NCBI GenBank assembly: GCA_013265495.1
Contig: MU057887.1
Span: 1,499,985-1,563,984, forward strand
Origin: Vicugna vicugna
Lineage: Eukaryota
Direction of reading: 5' to 3'
Length of the DNA stretch: 64,000 nucleotides
In this document: positions 12,035 through 25,600 of the stretch, piece after piece
Layout of the letters: each line of letters opens with the position of its first letter
How positions within the stretch are numbered: the first letter of the stretch is position 1
Program-made: the position numbers and the translations under genes
The notes under the pieces: model-generated
The model's input: only the letters and a program-made list of their open reading frames with translations
Database searches by the model: none
What the model was told of the DNA's origin: nothing

Positions 12035-12390
12035 TTTTTATTTTTTTTAAATTGTGGTAAAACACCCATAATGTAAAATCGAGCAGTTTAAATAGTTTTT
12101 AAGTGCACAGCCCGGTGGCGTTAAGCACGTCCACAATGTTGTGCAGCCGTCACCACCATCCGTTTCTGGAACTTTTTCATCTTCCCAGACTGAAGCTCTG
12201 TCCCCACCAGACACCAGCTCCCAGCCTCTGACCCCCACCACCTCCCTCCTGTCTCCGTGAATCGACTCCTCCAGGCCCATCATGAGGGAGCCCGGGTGCT
12301 TGTCCCCTGTGACGGGCCTGTCTCAGCACCGTGTCTGCAGGGGCGGTCCTGCTCTAGTGTCAGGATTCATTCTTATTTCCTTTTTTGTGG
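12035..12390 (-). mobile_element. Old L1MB-like 3' fragment, antisense
   Basis: TTTTAAATTGTGGTAAAACAC...AAGTGCACAG...GTGCAGCCGTCACCACCATCC...GGAACTTTTTCATCTTCCCAGACTGAA. Confidence 0.75.
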
Positions 12391-14526
12391 GCGATCAGTG
12401 TCCTGGGGCAAAGGCGGTGGGTGGACCCAGTGGTTGAGGGTAGAATCCAGCCCCCACTGTGAGAGGACAGAGGGAGGGTGGGGTCCCAGGAGGCGGGGTG
12501 TGCAGGGCGACAGTGGAGCAGGTGGAGTGATGTCCAGGTCAGGATGTGGCTGGGTGGAGGAAGGGCCATTGAAGAGATAGATGGGGAGCCCCAGGCCACA
12601 GTCCACTGAGTGGTCAGTGTCAAGCCAGTAAGATGGGGGGGCGCAGCAAGGAGGAGGGGACTGGCGCCCTAGAGCTGGGGGCAGAGGCAGTGACCCCACG
12701 CACAGGGAGGCAGGGTGGCAGACGCCTCCAAGAGTCGGGGTGGGAGGGGCTGCCCTCCTCTGAGAAGCCGAGTTGAGACACGGTTCTCGGGAAGCTGGAG
12801 GACAGAGACGCGGCTGGACCCGCTCCCCAGTTCCATGGATGTGACCCTGCAGCCTTGGTGGGCTTGTTCATTCAGGTCCCTGTCCAGGCCCTTGACCCCC
12901 AGCTGGAGAGGGGTCTGAGAAGGGGTCAGCTGGAGAGACCCCAGGGGCGCACAGAGTGGTTCGGCCCCCAGAGTTTCAGAGCACCACCCCGGTGCCTGCC
13001 GTCCCCATCGGCGTCTCTGCCAGCTGGTCGGCTGCCCAGAGCCAGTCCTCACCACCCCGGCCGTCCCGTGGGTCCCCAGCCAAGCTGCTATGGCTTTGGC
13101 ACCAGGTCCAACTGAAGCCATGAGCGTTCCAGGCCCTTGTGGACCCGGGGGCCCCTGTGAGGGTTCCTTAAAGCTCTGGGGCAAGTTCCAGAGGATCTTA
13201 GTTCCAGCAGCTAAGAGGCTGATGTGAGTTACAGCCATCCGAAGACATGGATTAATATGTCCAGGCGGTGCCTGCAAACCAGGGGTCGCCCTCCTTGCTT
13301 TGGTGAAGAAGTTGCTAACAGCATGGAGCCCAGTGTCCTGCAACCGAATCAATGCAGACCCTCCTTTCTGGGCCAGCCTCTGCCCTCTGCTCTGGGGTCA
13401 CCACCTTGGCCATTGCGGTGGGGGATGGGCAGGAGAGGGACAAACTCATCTGCTGGGGTGAGTGGACAAGTACGCGCCATCTTCCCTGCGTCAGGGCTGG
13501 GGGTACCCTGCCTTCCACCCGCTGCCCCAGTCTCCCCTTACCTGTCCTGCCAGGCCTGGGGGGCTGCCCGGTAAACAGAGCCTGGCCCCTGCCCTCTGGG
13601 AACCAGAGCAGCTGGAAGTCCAAAAGGTCAGGTGTCAGGCAGGGCTGCTGTAGACTTACCAGCACCCGTCGGTTCCCCGGTGTCAGCTTCTCCGTCTTGG
13701 GCTGTGGCCTCAGAGCAGACGACATGTATATGGAGAGGTCACCAGGGCTGTCACGGGCCCTGTCCCGGCTGCGTGTCCCCTTCCACCCTCACCCAGCCTT
13801 GGAGGGGCGTGGGGACCAAAACTAGGGAGTCAGACCCCCGTCAGAGGGTGGAGCGCTTGGGCGCTGCCCCCAACCCGGTCAGCAGCGGGAAGTGGTGTGG
13901 GGTGACCGTGGGGGTGTCGGCTGTGAGCCGGTGCGCCCTGGCTCCTTTCCAGGGGCAGTGGTGGCCTGTAACCAGAGCCTGCCCTGGGCCCGTCGGGACA
14001 GCGGGTGGTGGCTTTAATTAGCCCTCTGTGGGACAGGACAGGGCCCTGTTTGGAGTTTGCTCACCTCGGAGCCTGGCACGTGGCCGCGTCCTCGCCCACC
14101 TCCTGGAGTCCTGGTGCTCCCGGGGTGTGAGGGCTCAGGCCCTGTGGCTGGGCCCACCCTCCTCCTGGGATGTGGCCATGCGGGCCCGCGCAGGTCTCTG
14201 TGGTTTCCCGCCCTCCGCAGCCTGAGAGCTGTACTGTGACCATCTGGAAGCTCGGTGTCACGCTTCTGGATTTAATTTATTATTTCTGAAAGCCGGGCTC
14301 GCCGGGGCTCCAGGATGCCCTTGTTGTGTGAGGTGTCCCTCCCACCGGCAGGTGGAGCCGAGGCAAACTGGCGCGGGTCTGAGGCAGAGGTGGTGCTCCT
14401 GGGCCAGGAGCCCTGTGGACCGGCCCTTCCGGACAGGGGTTCCCCGGGGTGCCCCTTAGAGACGCAGAATGTGGACGCAGAATGCACCCAGGCAGTTGCT
14501 CTGAGCTGTTGGCGTCTTCCTTCTAG

Positions 14527-14647
14527 GCTGGTCCAGGGACCCTCATCATGGCTGCAGGAGTCCAGGACTTCAACCGGACGGAGTTTGATCGATTAAATGA
14601 GATCAAAGGTCACCTGGAAATCGCTTTATTGGAAAAACACTTCTTAC
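14527..14647 (+). CDS. GRAMD4: GRAMD4 coding exon 2 (AGPGTLIMAAGVQDFNRTEFDRLNEIKGHLEIALLEKHFL)
   Basis: TTCTAG acceptor, TAC|GTGAGT donor, 121 nt; peptide matches GRAMD4. Confidence 0.96.
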
Positions 14648-17600
14648 GTGAGTACCGTTGGGGAGGGAGGGGCAGGAGGCGCCTCTCGGTCGTGACCGCT
14701 GTCACCGGGCTCACGGTGGGGACGTCCCCACATGGCCTCTTGCCTCCTGCGTCTGAAGCCCTGCGCTCCTGTCGGCACAGCTGTGATGTCCTTACTCTCG
14801 AGGGGAGAGGAGCGTCCCGGGGAAGGAATGAAATGTCCCCTGGAAACTCTTGTAGCTTTAGTGAGTCTGGCGCATTGCAGCGGCTAACTCGGGTTGTACC
14901 AGAGCTGTTGGGAGGGTCTGAATTTCGCTGTCCTGTTCTGTTCAGTTTGCACATCAAGCAGGGAGCTGGCGGGTTTCTCTGCCTGTCGGCCGCAAGCATG
15001 GAGTCCCAACATGTGTGCTCTGACCATCGGCCCTGCTCCTGGGGTCTGGCCTCTGGGTGGTGGGGACAGTAGAGATTGTTCTGGAAGGGCCGTGGAGCTC
15101 CTCACAGAGACAGTCTCATCTGACACAGTGTCTTTCTCCTCTCACCGCCCCCTGCGTCCTCTCACTCTACAGCTGAGGAGGCAGAGGGGCCGGGGCTGAG
15201 GAGTGTGACCTGCTGTGAGGTTGAGTCGTCTGCCTTGTGGGGGCTTCCACCGCGCACGTGGCCTGCTGCGTGACAGTGTTTCAGAGCTAACACGAGGGTG
15301 CGGGCGATGCTATTAGGAAAAAAATACCAGGGGAAAGATGCAGCTTCGGCCCTGGATGCCTGGAGCCACCGGGAGAGCTGCCTGGGCCCAGGACGAAGGG
15401 CCCACGCGACTCACCTCCCTTCAGGTGCCACGCCCAGCTAGGGCGCCCCTCTGATGCTTGGGACCAAGCAGCCACACCCTTGCTTACCCAGAGGCCCCAT
15501 CCTCTGTCCCTACCTGAGTCCTTTCCTCCTGTGCCTCCCCCTTCCGCATGACAAGTGTTGTCTGAGCTCTAGCCGTGGGGACCAGCACTGCCGGCCCTGC
15601 CACCCGTGTGGCACGTGGACCCTCGCCTGCAAACGGAGGCGGGTGTCTGAGCTGTGCAGGGAGGCCGCGGAGGTGGGCCTGCCTTCTTCTCCCAGGCGGG
15701 GGGCAGCGCAGCTCTCACGGCATCTCTGCACACCACCCGCTGCCCTGCCTTCCCCCAGACCCGTGCTTCCCTTGGCGAGTGTGCCTGGGCACGCACACGT
15801 GTCGGGGCATTGCCTGTGCGCGTGCCCGTCTGCGCCTCACCAGCCAGCGCTCACCCGCAGGGTCCCGTCACCCATGGTTCTGAGGGTGGCGCAGTGGAGC
15901 GACTCGGTCCAAGGTGGCCACCGAGCTGGCTGGGGAGACAGGGCCAGGCTGGGTCTGCCCAGACTGCCCGGCGCTGTGGGTGGGGGGGGCCTGGTACCTT
16001 TGACCTGGGCCTGTGCTGAGCTTCTGCAGGGAGTCGCACTGGTACTGCTGGGGCCACTGTGTGGGGCAGCAGAGCTGGGCGGACCCTGCTCGAGGCATCC
16101 GTGGGTGCAGCCTCATGAAATTGCCTTTAGCGGGTCAAGCGGAGAATATTGGTGATTCGTGGGGCTCGAGGAACCAGCAGAGCCAGGTGCTCTCATGGAA
16201 AGGGGAAGGGTCTGAGAGAGCATCTAGCAGGGACCCCTCCCCACCCGGCTGGGGAGGGCCAGCGTGGGGCCTCCAGGAGAAGGGGTACCAGGCAGAGGTG
16301 GGCAGCGGGTGTGTCCACCAGTGAGGTGAGTGGGCAGGACAGCTGTGACCCGCAGGGACCCGGTCTGGGGCCGACCTGACCCGTGTTGAGAAGAGAAAAA
16401 GAGGCAAGAGGCTGTCTGTCCTTGGGTGGGCAGTGCTGGCGTCCCTGGGCTGGTCCTCACGGTTTTACCAGAACAGTGTCTCGTTTCACTCCTGGGGAGC
16501 TCGTGTCGTACAAGTGCAGAGTTCCACTCTGACAGCCCAGGGGGTGGTAATGATAGGCATTCTTTCTTAATTACGGGAAATTTCAAGTGGATCAGAGTAG
16601 AGGAAGTCGTGTAACGAGCCTTCGGATTCGGCAGGAGTCGGCCGGCGGCCAGGCCAGTTTCCTCTGCGCTCCCACCCCGGCCCTTCACCCGCAGGCCTTT
16701 TGAAGCAAATTCCAGGCAGCGTCCTGTGACTTGATCTGTAAATATTGCATTAGATGGCTCATCACATTTTAAAAACCGAAGTCCAGCATCTACTAGCACA
16801 ACTGGAGGGCAAAAAGCCCCATGTTTTTCTGGAATATCACCAGGTACCCAGCTTAAGCCCCAATTTCCCCAAACGTCTCATCATTTTTTGGCAGCTCCCT
16901 GGAGTCGCAGACAAGGCCCTACGCTGTGATGGGTGGGCGTGCCTCTTCTGTCTCCTACTCTGCCGGGTCTCCCCACTTCTCCCTTTGCTGTTTGTGGAGG
17001 AAGCCAGGCCATCTGTGGGGGACGTCCCCACCCTGGGCCTTGCTCAGGGCGTCCCCTTGGCTCCAGCACATGAGCCAGCGTGTCCCTCTCCCTCGGTGCT
17101 GCTAGAGGGGTGGTCTGTGGGGGGCGCCCTCCTTGGTGGTGGTGGCAGCTTTCCTGAGGTGGGCTCTCACTTCCGTGCCACCACCCTGGACATGTGACTC
17201 CCATGCATCACCACGTTAGCAGCTGCAATGGCCGTTTTCTGCTATTCTTTCTCCATTTATTAACCAGTGTGTTTCTGAAAACCTAGCTGTTTGGTATAGT
17301 TCACATAGGAGACGCAGGGGACACGCTTGTTCCTCCCCTTTATATCCAGCTTTCAAAACAGTGGCTTGGGTCTCTACTTGGAGCCCCCTCCAGGGGTGAC
17401 CTGCACGGGGCTCTGGCTTTTGTGGGGGGATTTGGCGTCGTCATGATGAGACTGTGGATTTAAACGTTGTTAACGAGTCTCAGTCGCTATGGTCATGACC
17501 TCAGCGGGGCTCAGGTAGACCACCTGCGGGCTGCGACTGTCTCGCGTCTCCTAGTGATGAGACGCAGGGCAGGTGGGATGCTGCGTCCTCAGGGCATCTG

Positions 17601-20600
17601 ACCAGGGGGTCTGGGATGCCATGTTGTCCCCACCCGTGCTGTAGAGAGTTCTTTTAAAAATTAAATTTAGTTTTGTAGGTGTCTAACATTGTTTTCAGGG
17701 TGTATGCGGAGAACTCGAGTTTCTCTTCCTGTTTGCCCCCAGCCCCCTCCCCCGTTGAAAACCAGGTGTCTTTTTATTTTACAGTTTATCTTTCCATTGA
17801 ATTTTTGTAGAAGCAAATACAGATTTGTGCCTACCTTCCCGCTTAGATAAATATTAGCACGTTCTCACTTCCTCCACGCTGACGTGACGGGGTCCTCGGT
17901 ATCCGGTGTTCCAGCTCCGCCTGCCGTGTGGCTGTGGCTGAGGGACCTGGCTGCCCCGCGTTCCCTGTTGCAGTCACGGGTTACAGTAGCTGCACTGCCT
18001 CCTACCTGTCACAGTTACAGGTGGCGCTTACGCGGCCGCGCCTCGAGTGCACGGACGGCCCTTGTTTCTATATGCTGAACGTCTGGCGTGATGCCCGGGA
18101 CCTAATTAACAGGAAGTCAGTGCCCAGAGGAGTGAATTCCAGGAAAACCTGGTCAGAGTTGGAATTTGCATGGGAGAGCCTGCCTGTCCCTTCCTCCACT
18201 GTCTCTTCTGTCCCAGTACCCAGGGGAATACCGTGTGTCAGAAAGGACGCCGTCGGCCCTGGGGACCACCGAGGGGTGTGAGTTGTCGCTGAAGCTGCCC
18301 CGTGTCCCGAGGTGGCTGCCCGACCCTGGTCTGCGGAGGGCGGGGCTGGCGTGGGGCGGGGAAGGAGCTTTGCCCTGGAGTCGGGACCCAGGCTTCTCGC
18401 TCCTGACCCGGCCCCAGCGCGCGGGTAGCTGTGGGCACTGAACCGTTCAGGGCCGGCGCACCCCCAGCTGTAAGACGCCTAAGTGGTCGGTGTTAAAATT
18501 CCATTCAGCTGTCTGTGGTACCTTCCCCCAGGAAAGCAGGCCATTACCCTTCACGGAGAAGCGGAAATAGCCCCAGTTCACAGCGGCTCTCTTCAGTCAT
18601 TAAGTATTGAAGAGCACAAATGGTCCCGACAGGAGACAGCGGAGCGCAGCGCAGAGTGGGGATTGAAAGGCGCCTGGCTCGGGACTGGAGGCAGGACCCT
18701 AAATCTGTTACAGCCGCACGTAAACAAGTGAAAGGCATCGTACGTTTGCATTAGCCTGAAACGCAGCCCAGCTGTCACTGCTTCCGGAGCACACGCACGC
18801 GCTGGTCCGGTTTCGGAGCGGGAGCGTGCGGCCCCCTCACCTGCTGGGCGCAGGCTCTGGGAAGGGAGATTCTCAGCGCCACCGGTTGCAGGCACAGGCC
18901 TTCCCCAGAATGACCTGGCGCAGTGTGGGTCATGGGGACGTGCGCAGGGGCCTGCTGGCCACTAGGCTAAGCCTGAGGCTCCGGGCCCATCTTCTCCCTG
19001 CGCTGACGTGAAGGCATGGGCTCCTCCCCGGACACGCTGGAGGGGCCTCCCCTCAGCGCCTGCCCTCGGGTCTTGCTCCGTCGTGTCTGGGCCACCAGCA
19101 CTGGTCCTGGGCACACTGGTGGTGGTTCCTGGAGAGGGTGGCTCAGGGAGAGGGGCCCTTTGCTCCTGAGCCACGCCGCACAGTGCAGGTCAGCAAGGCC
19201 GGCTGTGACCCCGTGCGAGGGCTTCCGGCAGCAGCTGGGCAGGGATGCGAGTGGGAGGCGGCCGTCTGCCTCCAGCGGCCTGGAGGGCCGCGCTCTGGAT
19301 GCTGAGACTGGACAGAGGGGCCCGGAGGAAGGAAGTTTCTGGGCGCCAGCTGGGTGACTCAGGCTCACCATTGAAGTCTTCTGAAAACAGAATGGGGCGG
19401 CCGCTCAGAGCTGGCTGGTGGCAGGGTTCGGGGTGGGGGTGATCAGAGATACCTGGAGACCTGGCCCTTCGGACCTGGGCCTGCACATGCCCCTCGGTGG
19501 GAGATGGGGAGGCGGCCTGGGTTTTTTTTTAAACTCTGCTCCTCCTGCTTATTCAGTCAGCGGCGTCGAGCTGGGAAGATGCAGCCTCAGTGCCAGAGAC
19601 GGGTCGGCAGTTCTGCCCCGGCGTGGTGTGCTTAGGAAGTGGTTTCTGGCCTTTCGTGAGGACGGCAAGTGGGTGGCCCCTAGACGGGAAGGGGGCAAAC
19701 AGATCAGATAACTGGCCGATGAAGACAGAGATGACTGTGTGTCCGTGTCATGTAGAATTTATCTAGGAGAAAAAAGGAAGTTGGCCCTTTAGAAAATTTC
19801 GCGTCTGACCCACTGGGCTGGCTCAGAATTTCGTATTTCTAGGTCACTCCTGCTGCCTGCTGAGAACCTGTTATTCACTGTGGATGTCCGGCCCTGCCTC
19901 CTGGCTGGACCGAGGTGAGCTGACCCCACCAGGCCAGCCTGGCTCAGCACCCAGCCAGGCACCTCCCCTGCCCAGGCCCTAAGTGCTGGGCTGGAAGGAG
20001 GGGCAGGAGTGGGGTGGGGCGCGGTTCCTGGCTCAGCGCTGGCCGGGACCCCAGAGCCCAGACTTTAGCCGTGCTCCGTGGCTTGCTGAAAGGCAGTCAG
20101 CGGTTCCCGAAAACCAGCTGTTCTGCATGAAGGCGCTGGCTGGGATCTTGTTTCTTCCTATTTTACACAGGAAGCATTTTAACGCACTCCTCCACCACCG
20201 AACCCCCATTTGGTTTCCTAAAATGTATCTGAAACCCGGTGGTCGGCCAGCAGCCAGCCAGCAGCCTGGCCTGCTAGCAAGTAAGAGCTTAAGCAGCTCT
20301 GGGTCCAGTGACCGAGCCGTCGGTGTGGTGCTGGACAGCGTGTTCGTCGTCCCATAGACATTTCCCCTGCACCCGGCGGCGGACAGCCCGCGGGGCGTCA
20401 GTGCTGGGGAGAGAGGCAGCAGACTGCGACGGCAGAAGCCTGGCCTTTCCTGTAATGGACCGTTTTCCCCAGGGGCTGCTGCGAGTGAGGGCTCGCCCTG
20501 GGCTCAGGGCCTGATACCCCCACGTTGGGAGGGCGTGGCTCTGCCTTCTAGAGAGGTCCGAGGTGAGGGCAGGGCTGGGGGTGGATTGGATTGGGAGGCT

Positions 20601-22259
20601 GGAAGAGTCTAGGGGAACTGCGCATGGAGGTGAAGCCACAGAGCCCGGGATCGGGGGGGCCTCCGGGGGTGCAGCCCTCCCGCCCGGCCAGGAGGCAGCA
20701 TGGGTTTTGCGGGTGGTCCCTGCGTTTGTGCACCTGGCCGGTGGGAGGCAGTTTTATTTAAGGATTACCACTTGATTTTTATTTTTGGCTGTGGCTGGGC
20801 CTGTTGAATTCTGTGCCAAGAGGACTCCTCCTTGAGAGTTCTACTTTTTCAGGTTTAAAAATAGCCTTGAAGCCATCTTCCTTTTCCCAGTGACTGCCCT
20901 GGGGCTGTGGCCCTGTGGCTCGGGCGTAGGTGGGCACCAGCCAAGGCGTCCCCTCTGTCTTTCCCGCAAGTCAGGGTGGCCGTGGGCTGATGGGGGTGCC
21001 TGCTGCCACTGGTCAGCTTGAAGGCTGGGCCAGGCCGGGGGCCAGCCAGCCCTTCGTGGGCGAGTGCTTCCAGAAATGCTTGTGCTGCTTTCCTGGGGTC
21101 AGGGCTCCACGTCTGTAGCTCATTTTGCCTCGTCCCTCTGAAAGCAGTGGTTTGTGGAGCACCGTTGTTGGGGTCCCTGGAAGCTCCTGTTAGAGGGTAA
21201 CCTGGCTTGTTTGGACCCCGGGCTGCACAAGGGGGCATTTTGGATGCAGAAACCAAACTTAGAAAGCCAAGACTGACAGCTGCGTGTCTGAAGGCCCCTC
21301 TGGGCTCACAAGCATCGCGGGCCTCCCCCACCTTGCCGTTACATCCTGTGGCCTGATGGCTCCTGTGGGAGGTGGGTGGGGACAGGCTGCATCTCCTGGA
21401 GCAGCCCTGGCCTGCGTTCCAGGCTGTGCACCCGGCTGCCGTGCTCGGCTCACACGGGGACCCTGCTGAGCTGGAGCCCAGGGAGGGATTCATGAATGAC
21501 CATGCCAGCGTCTCTCTCCTGGGTGCACGCTCCACTCTTGGAAGGTTTGGGGGTTCTGAGTCGTATCTTGGGCAGGCATTCTGGCTCCCCTGGCCTCCCG
21601 CGGGCCTCCTTACCATCCCCCGGCCGGCCCCGGCCGTCTGCCAGGTCAGCAGATGCCACAGCCGGCACCAGGCCTTGAAAAGGAGAGAGCCACCAGGCTG
21701 GGAGCTGCGCCACGTGACCCGGGCACAGCGGCCCCTCCCGCCCGGGGCTGTGACCCCTGGTCTGATGCTCTGGGGTGTGGCTCCCCCTGCTTGGGACCCC
21801 CGCCCATGAGTTAGCCATCAGCAGGTATGAAACAGCCTGTGTCCAGCCCACCCGCGTGGCTGCAGAGGAGCAGAGAGGCTCAGGAGAGCAGCCGTGAGCG
21901 TGCTTCCGCCAGGATGGCTTGTGGAAGGTCCCAGGCTCGTGCACACCTGACTCCAGTATGCCCCTCCACTGGGGCTTTTCAGCCGAGAGTTTGGAGAAGT
22001 CAGAGGAAGCATCGATGGGGGATGTCGCGAACCCGCTTCAGGGTGTTTGGGGATCAGCCAGAGGTGGGGAGGAGAGAGAAAGGAGGCAGGCGCCCCGCAC
22101 GCCCCGGGGCCATTTGACCTGCTAAGGGAAGGCTCTCTGTTTCATGGCTTGGGCTCCCCCGGGAGTGCGAAGACCCTCTTCGGGCCATGTGGAAGGAGGG
22201 GGTGTCCCTCCCGCCCTCCCAGGGCCTGCTTGGCCCCCAGTCTTGTGCCAGGGGAAGTG

Positions 22260-22662
22260 TGGCGAGCAGTCATGGCTCCCCAGAATGCCCGCGTCCTGAT
22301 CGCCAGAACCTGTGACTGAGGCTTCTTGCACTGGTAGAAGTGGCTTTGCAGGTGTGATTAGGGGTCTGAGATGGGAATGAGCCTGGGTTATCCAGGTGGA
22401 TCTGGTATCATCATGAGGGTCCGTGTGAGAGGGAGACAGACAGTCAGAGGTCAGAGCGATGAGGTCGCCGGCTGGGGTCACCAGCCAAGGAACGCGGGCA
22501 CCTCTAGAAGCAGGAGAGGGCCAGGAAATGGATTCTCCCCACAGGGAGCCAGCCCTGCCCGCACCTGGACCTGGGCCCCCATTTCAAACTCTGACCCCCG
22601 GAACCGTGAGAGGGCACGCGCTCACACTGTGCCTGCGGTCATTCTTCGTAGGAAGTTAATAG
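22260..22662 (+). mobile_element. MaLR LTR, MLT1C/D-like
   Basis: Recognisable MLT1 blocks: CCAGAACCTGTGA, CTTTGCAGGTGTGATTA, GCCAAGGAACGCGGGCACCTCTAGAAGC, GGAAATGGATTCTCCCC. Confidence 0.8.
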
Positions 22663-25600
22663 GGGGGATGTTCGAGGTGCTCGCCACTGGCCCTGTGTGT
22701 GGCATTGCACCCCCACCCCCGCCCTTCGTGAGACCCTCTCAGCCCCCGACAGATGGAACAGGAGCACACGTGGTCCAAGGTCCGGGTTGGGGGGGCGCTG
22801 CTCTGTCGCCGTGGCGTCTGCAGCAGGTCGGGATAGAGGGTCCTGTGCTGAGGCCTGGAGGGGCCAGTTCTGCAGCACACGGCGTCCAGGACCCGCAGCC
22901 AGAGGCCGGGTAACTGCCGAAGAGGCCACGATTTAGACTCTAAGGTTGGAGGGCGTCCCAGGGGCAGGGGAGGCCTGCGTAGAGACCTGGGGGCCAGAAG
23001 CCAGCTGCCACTCGCCTTCACGGCCCCTGGACGCCCTGGGTCCTGCTGGAGGCTGGTCAGGACGCAGCCCCTTGAGCGAGCAGCTCGGCACTCTCCCCCC
23101 GGCAGGGGCTCGGCCTCCTGTTCTTCTCTGTCCGAGAGGAGGGTGAAGGTTGTGCAGAGCTGTGTTGTCTCTGCTCTGTGCAAGGAGCCGCCTGCGCCCT
23201 GCACTGTAATGACCTAATGTGTCACCGAGGGAGCGGGCCCGTGGCACCCACCGTAGTGGGGTCTCATTGGTGTTTCAGGCCTAGGGAGAGTCGGGTGTCC
23301 TCGCGGGAGCCGCTGCTCAGGGAAGAGACTTGGAGGAGAGAAACAGTCAGAATGCTGGTCAGTTTTATTTATGGAGCTGTCTCTGTGTCACCAGGAAGGG
23401 AGACACCTGGAAAAGGCGGGAAGTCTTCTTGTGGCTTTGCTGGGAGCTGGGACGAGTGGATTTGCCAGGCTGTGTCCAGAGGTCCTTGTCTGTGGGGTCA
23501 CTGTCCCCTCACTGGCTTGGGTGCGGGGTGGCTGTGAGGAGTGCGGAGAGCAGGGCTGCGGGTCTCCTGGGAGGAGGGAGGAGCCTGTTGGTCTGGGTTC
23601 CGCAGAGCTCCCACCCCGGGAAGGCCCAGGAGAGGAAGGGGCAGCTTGAAGGGTGAAGGTACCTGTGGGCAGGGCCGAGGAGGCCTTGTCAGGGAGCCCA
23701 TGGTAAAAGGACGTGGCCGGAGACCCCCTGTGTTCACGTGGTGGGACCCAGCTGCACCTGACCTTTCACAGGAGGGAGATGTGGGGAAGGGGGTTCAGGG
23801 GCGTTGTGGAAAATGTGGTTTCCTGCTGACAACGCTGAGGATGGAGGAGGCGTCTGGGGCTGACTTGACCTTCTGATGGAGCCAAGGTCCGCAGAGGCAG
23901 CTGGGGTGCGTGTGGGTGCTGGGGTTCAGAGGAGCAGACGGGAAAGCACCGAACACCCTGACTGCGGCGGTGTGGGATCCCTCACCTCTGTCCTCCGCAC
24001 GTGAAGCTCCCTGGCCTGTGAGTCCAGCCAGGCTGGTCCTTGGAGGCAGCCAGCAGGGCTGCACGAACCCCCCTCCACCCCACAGTCGAGCCTGTGGCCG
24101 CTCCCCCCGGGACATGTCTCTGAGGAGGCTCCCTGGGACCTTCACGCACTTGCTCACCTGCTGAGCCTTGATTGAGCACCTACTGTAAGCCAGGCCCTCT
24201 ATGGTGGCAGGGGGTGGGCTCAGAAATGGGTCCCACGGGAGGGGGTCTAGCTACACCCTGCAGGCACTCAGGAGGGCAGAGGGTCTCCATGTGGTGCCAG
24301 AGCCCCGGCTCTCCCACTGCCAGGGGGTGTGAGTCCTTTTGGAAGAAGGCCCAGGGCCCCACCTGCTGAGGCCAGCTCTGGCCCCAGGACAGGAGAGCTG
24401 CCTCCCCAGAGTCCAGGGTCCCACAGGGAGCTGTGTCCCATCTGGCTCTGGGGCCAGTTCACCCACATGAGGTGGCTGGGGGGAGCCACGGACGCCCACT
24501 CTGGGCAGGGTGTAGCACTCGGTCACTCTCACACTGCCAGGTTTAGTGTGGGGCCGAGTGGAGGTCCCCGTGGAGACTGGGGCTCCCGGGCTGATCACAT
24601 GTTAGGGCTCTGGACTCCTGATTGCAGAGTGGCCGCTGCCACCTCAAAGCAGGTGTTGTGTGTGCAAGGACGTCACAGGTGGGGACTCTGAATGTCTCGA
24701 CTCCTCAGGTCCCCGGGAGCCCCGGTGTAAAGGGGGAGGCCGGGGCCCGAGCTGTGGGGCTGGCGTGCCTGCTGTCCAGATGACGATGTCCTTCAGGTGC
24801 TGATGACCTTGTCCTGGGCAGTGGTGCCGTTTGTTGAATCCCTGCCGTGGCCCTCCCCCACCCGGGTGTCCCCCCGCCCGGTCCTTGGCCAGCCTGGTGC
24901 GGATGTGCTGCCGACAACCTGCTGTGCTGCTCACCGCATCTTTCCTGGCTGCCCCCGAGCCAGGCTGGGTCCTGTGCTGTCACAAACAGGGAAGCAGACG
25001 GGCCGTCCCTCTGGAGCCTGAGTTGGGGGTCCTGCAGGTGAATGTGACTCGGGAGTGCGGCTTATTTACCGGGGTCATGTTTGCTGAGCCCGCCTGTGGA
25101 GCTGGTCATCTCTAGGATTCTCCTCCCAGCACCCAGGGAGGCCCTCTGTTCCCAACAGGAAAGAGCAAGACCCGTGAGAGAAGACGACAAAGGGCTTCGT
25201 TAGCTTGGCTGGGGGAGGAGTGTCAGCGGGTCTCCCTGGGGAAACGGCATCCGAGTCTGCACTGAAGTCAAGGGGCACCAGCAGGTGCAAAGGCCCTGGG
25301 GCAGGATCAGACTGGGGAGGCATTTGGAGACGTAAGAGGATTCCTGTGGTTTGACCCCAAAGAGGCAAGGTGAGAGGAGGCGCAGAGGGAGTCGGAGCCA
25401 GGAGTCGGGTGGGGCCTCGGGCTGGATTTGGGAAGCCCCGGCCCAGTGTCAAGCAGGGCCGTGTCAGGTTCTGATGATGTCTGCCTCCGGAACCTCTGAC
25501 TGCTGTTTGGAGGCCGACTAGGGTGAGAGTGGAGCTGGGAGCCAGTTAGGAACCAGGGTGGGGCCAGAAGCGAGCAGCACGTGTGGATTTGGGGGGGCAT

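Noticed and set aside
15130-15230. Strong acceptor-like tract ending CTCTACAG at 15170 (also TTTCCAG near 11244)
   Set aside because: No convincing donor at an exon-like distance.
15787-15827. Hairpin GGGCACGCACAC / GTGCGCGTGCCC (11 of 12 pairs)
   Set aside because: Too short for a pre-miRNA and unsurprising at this GC content.
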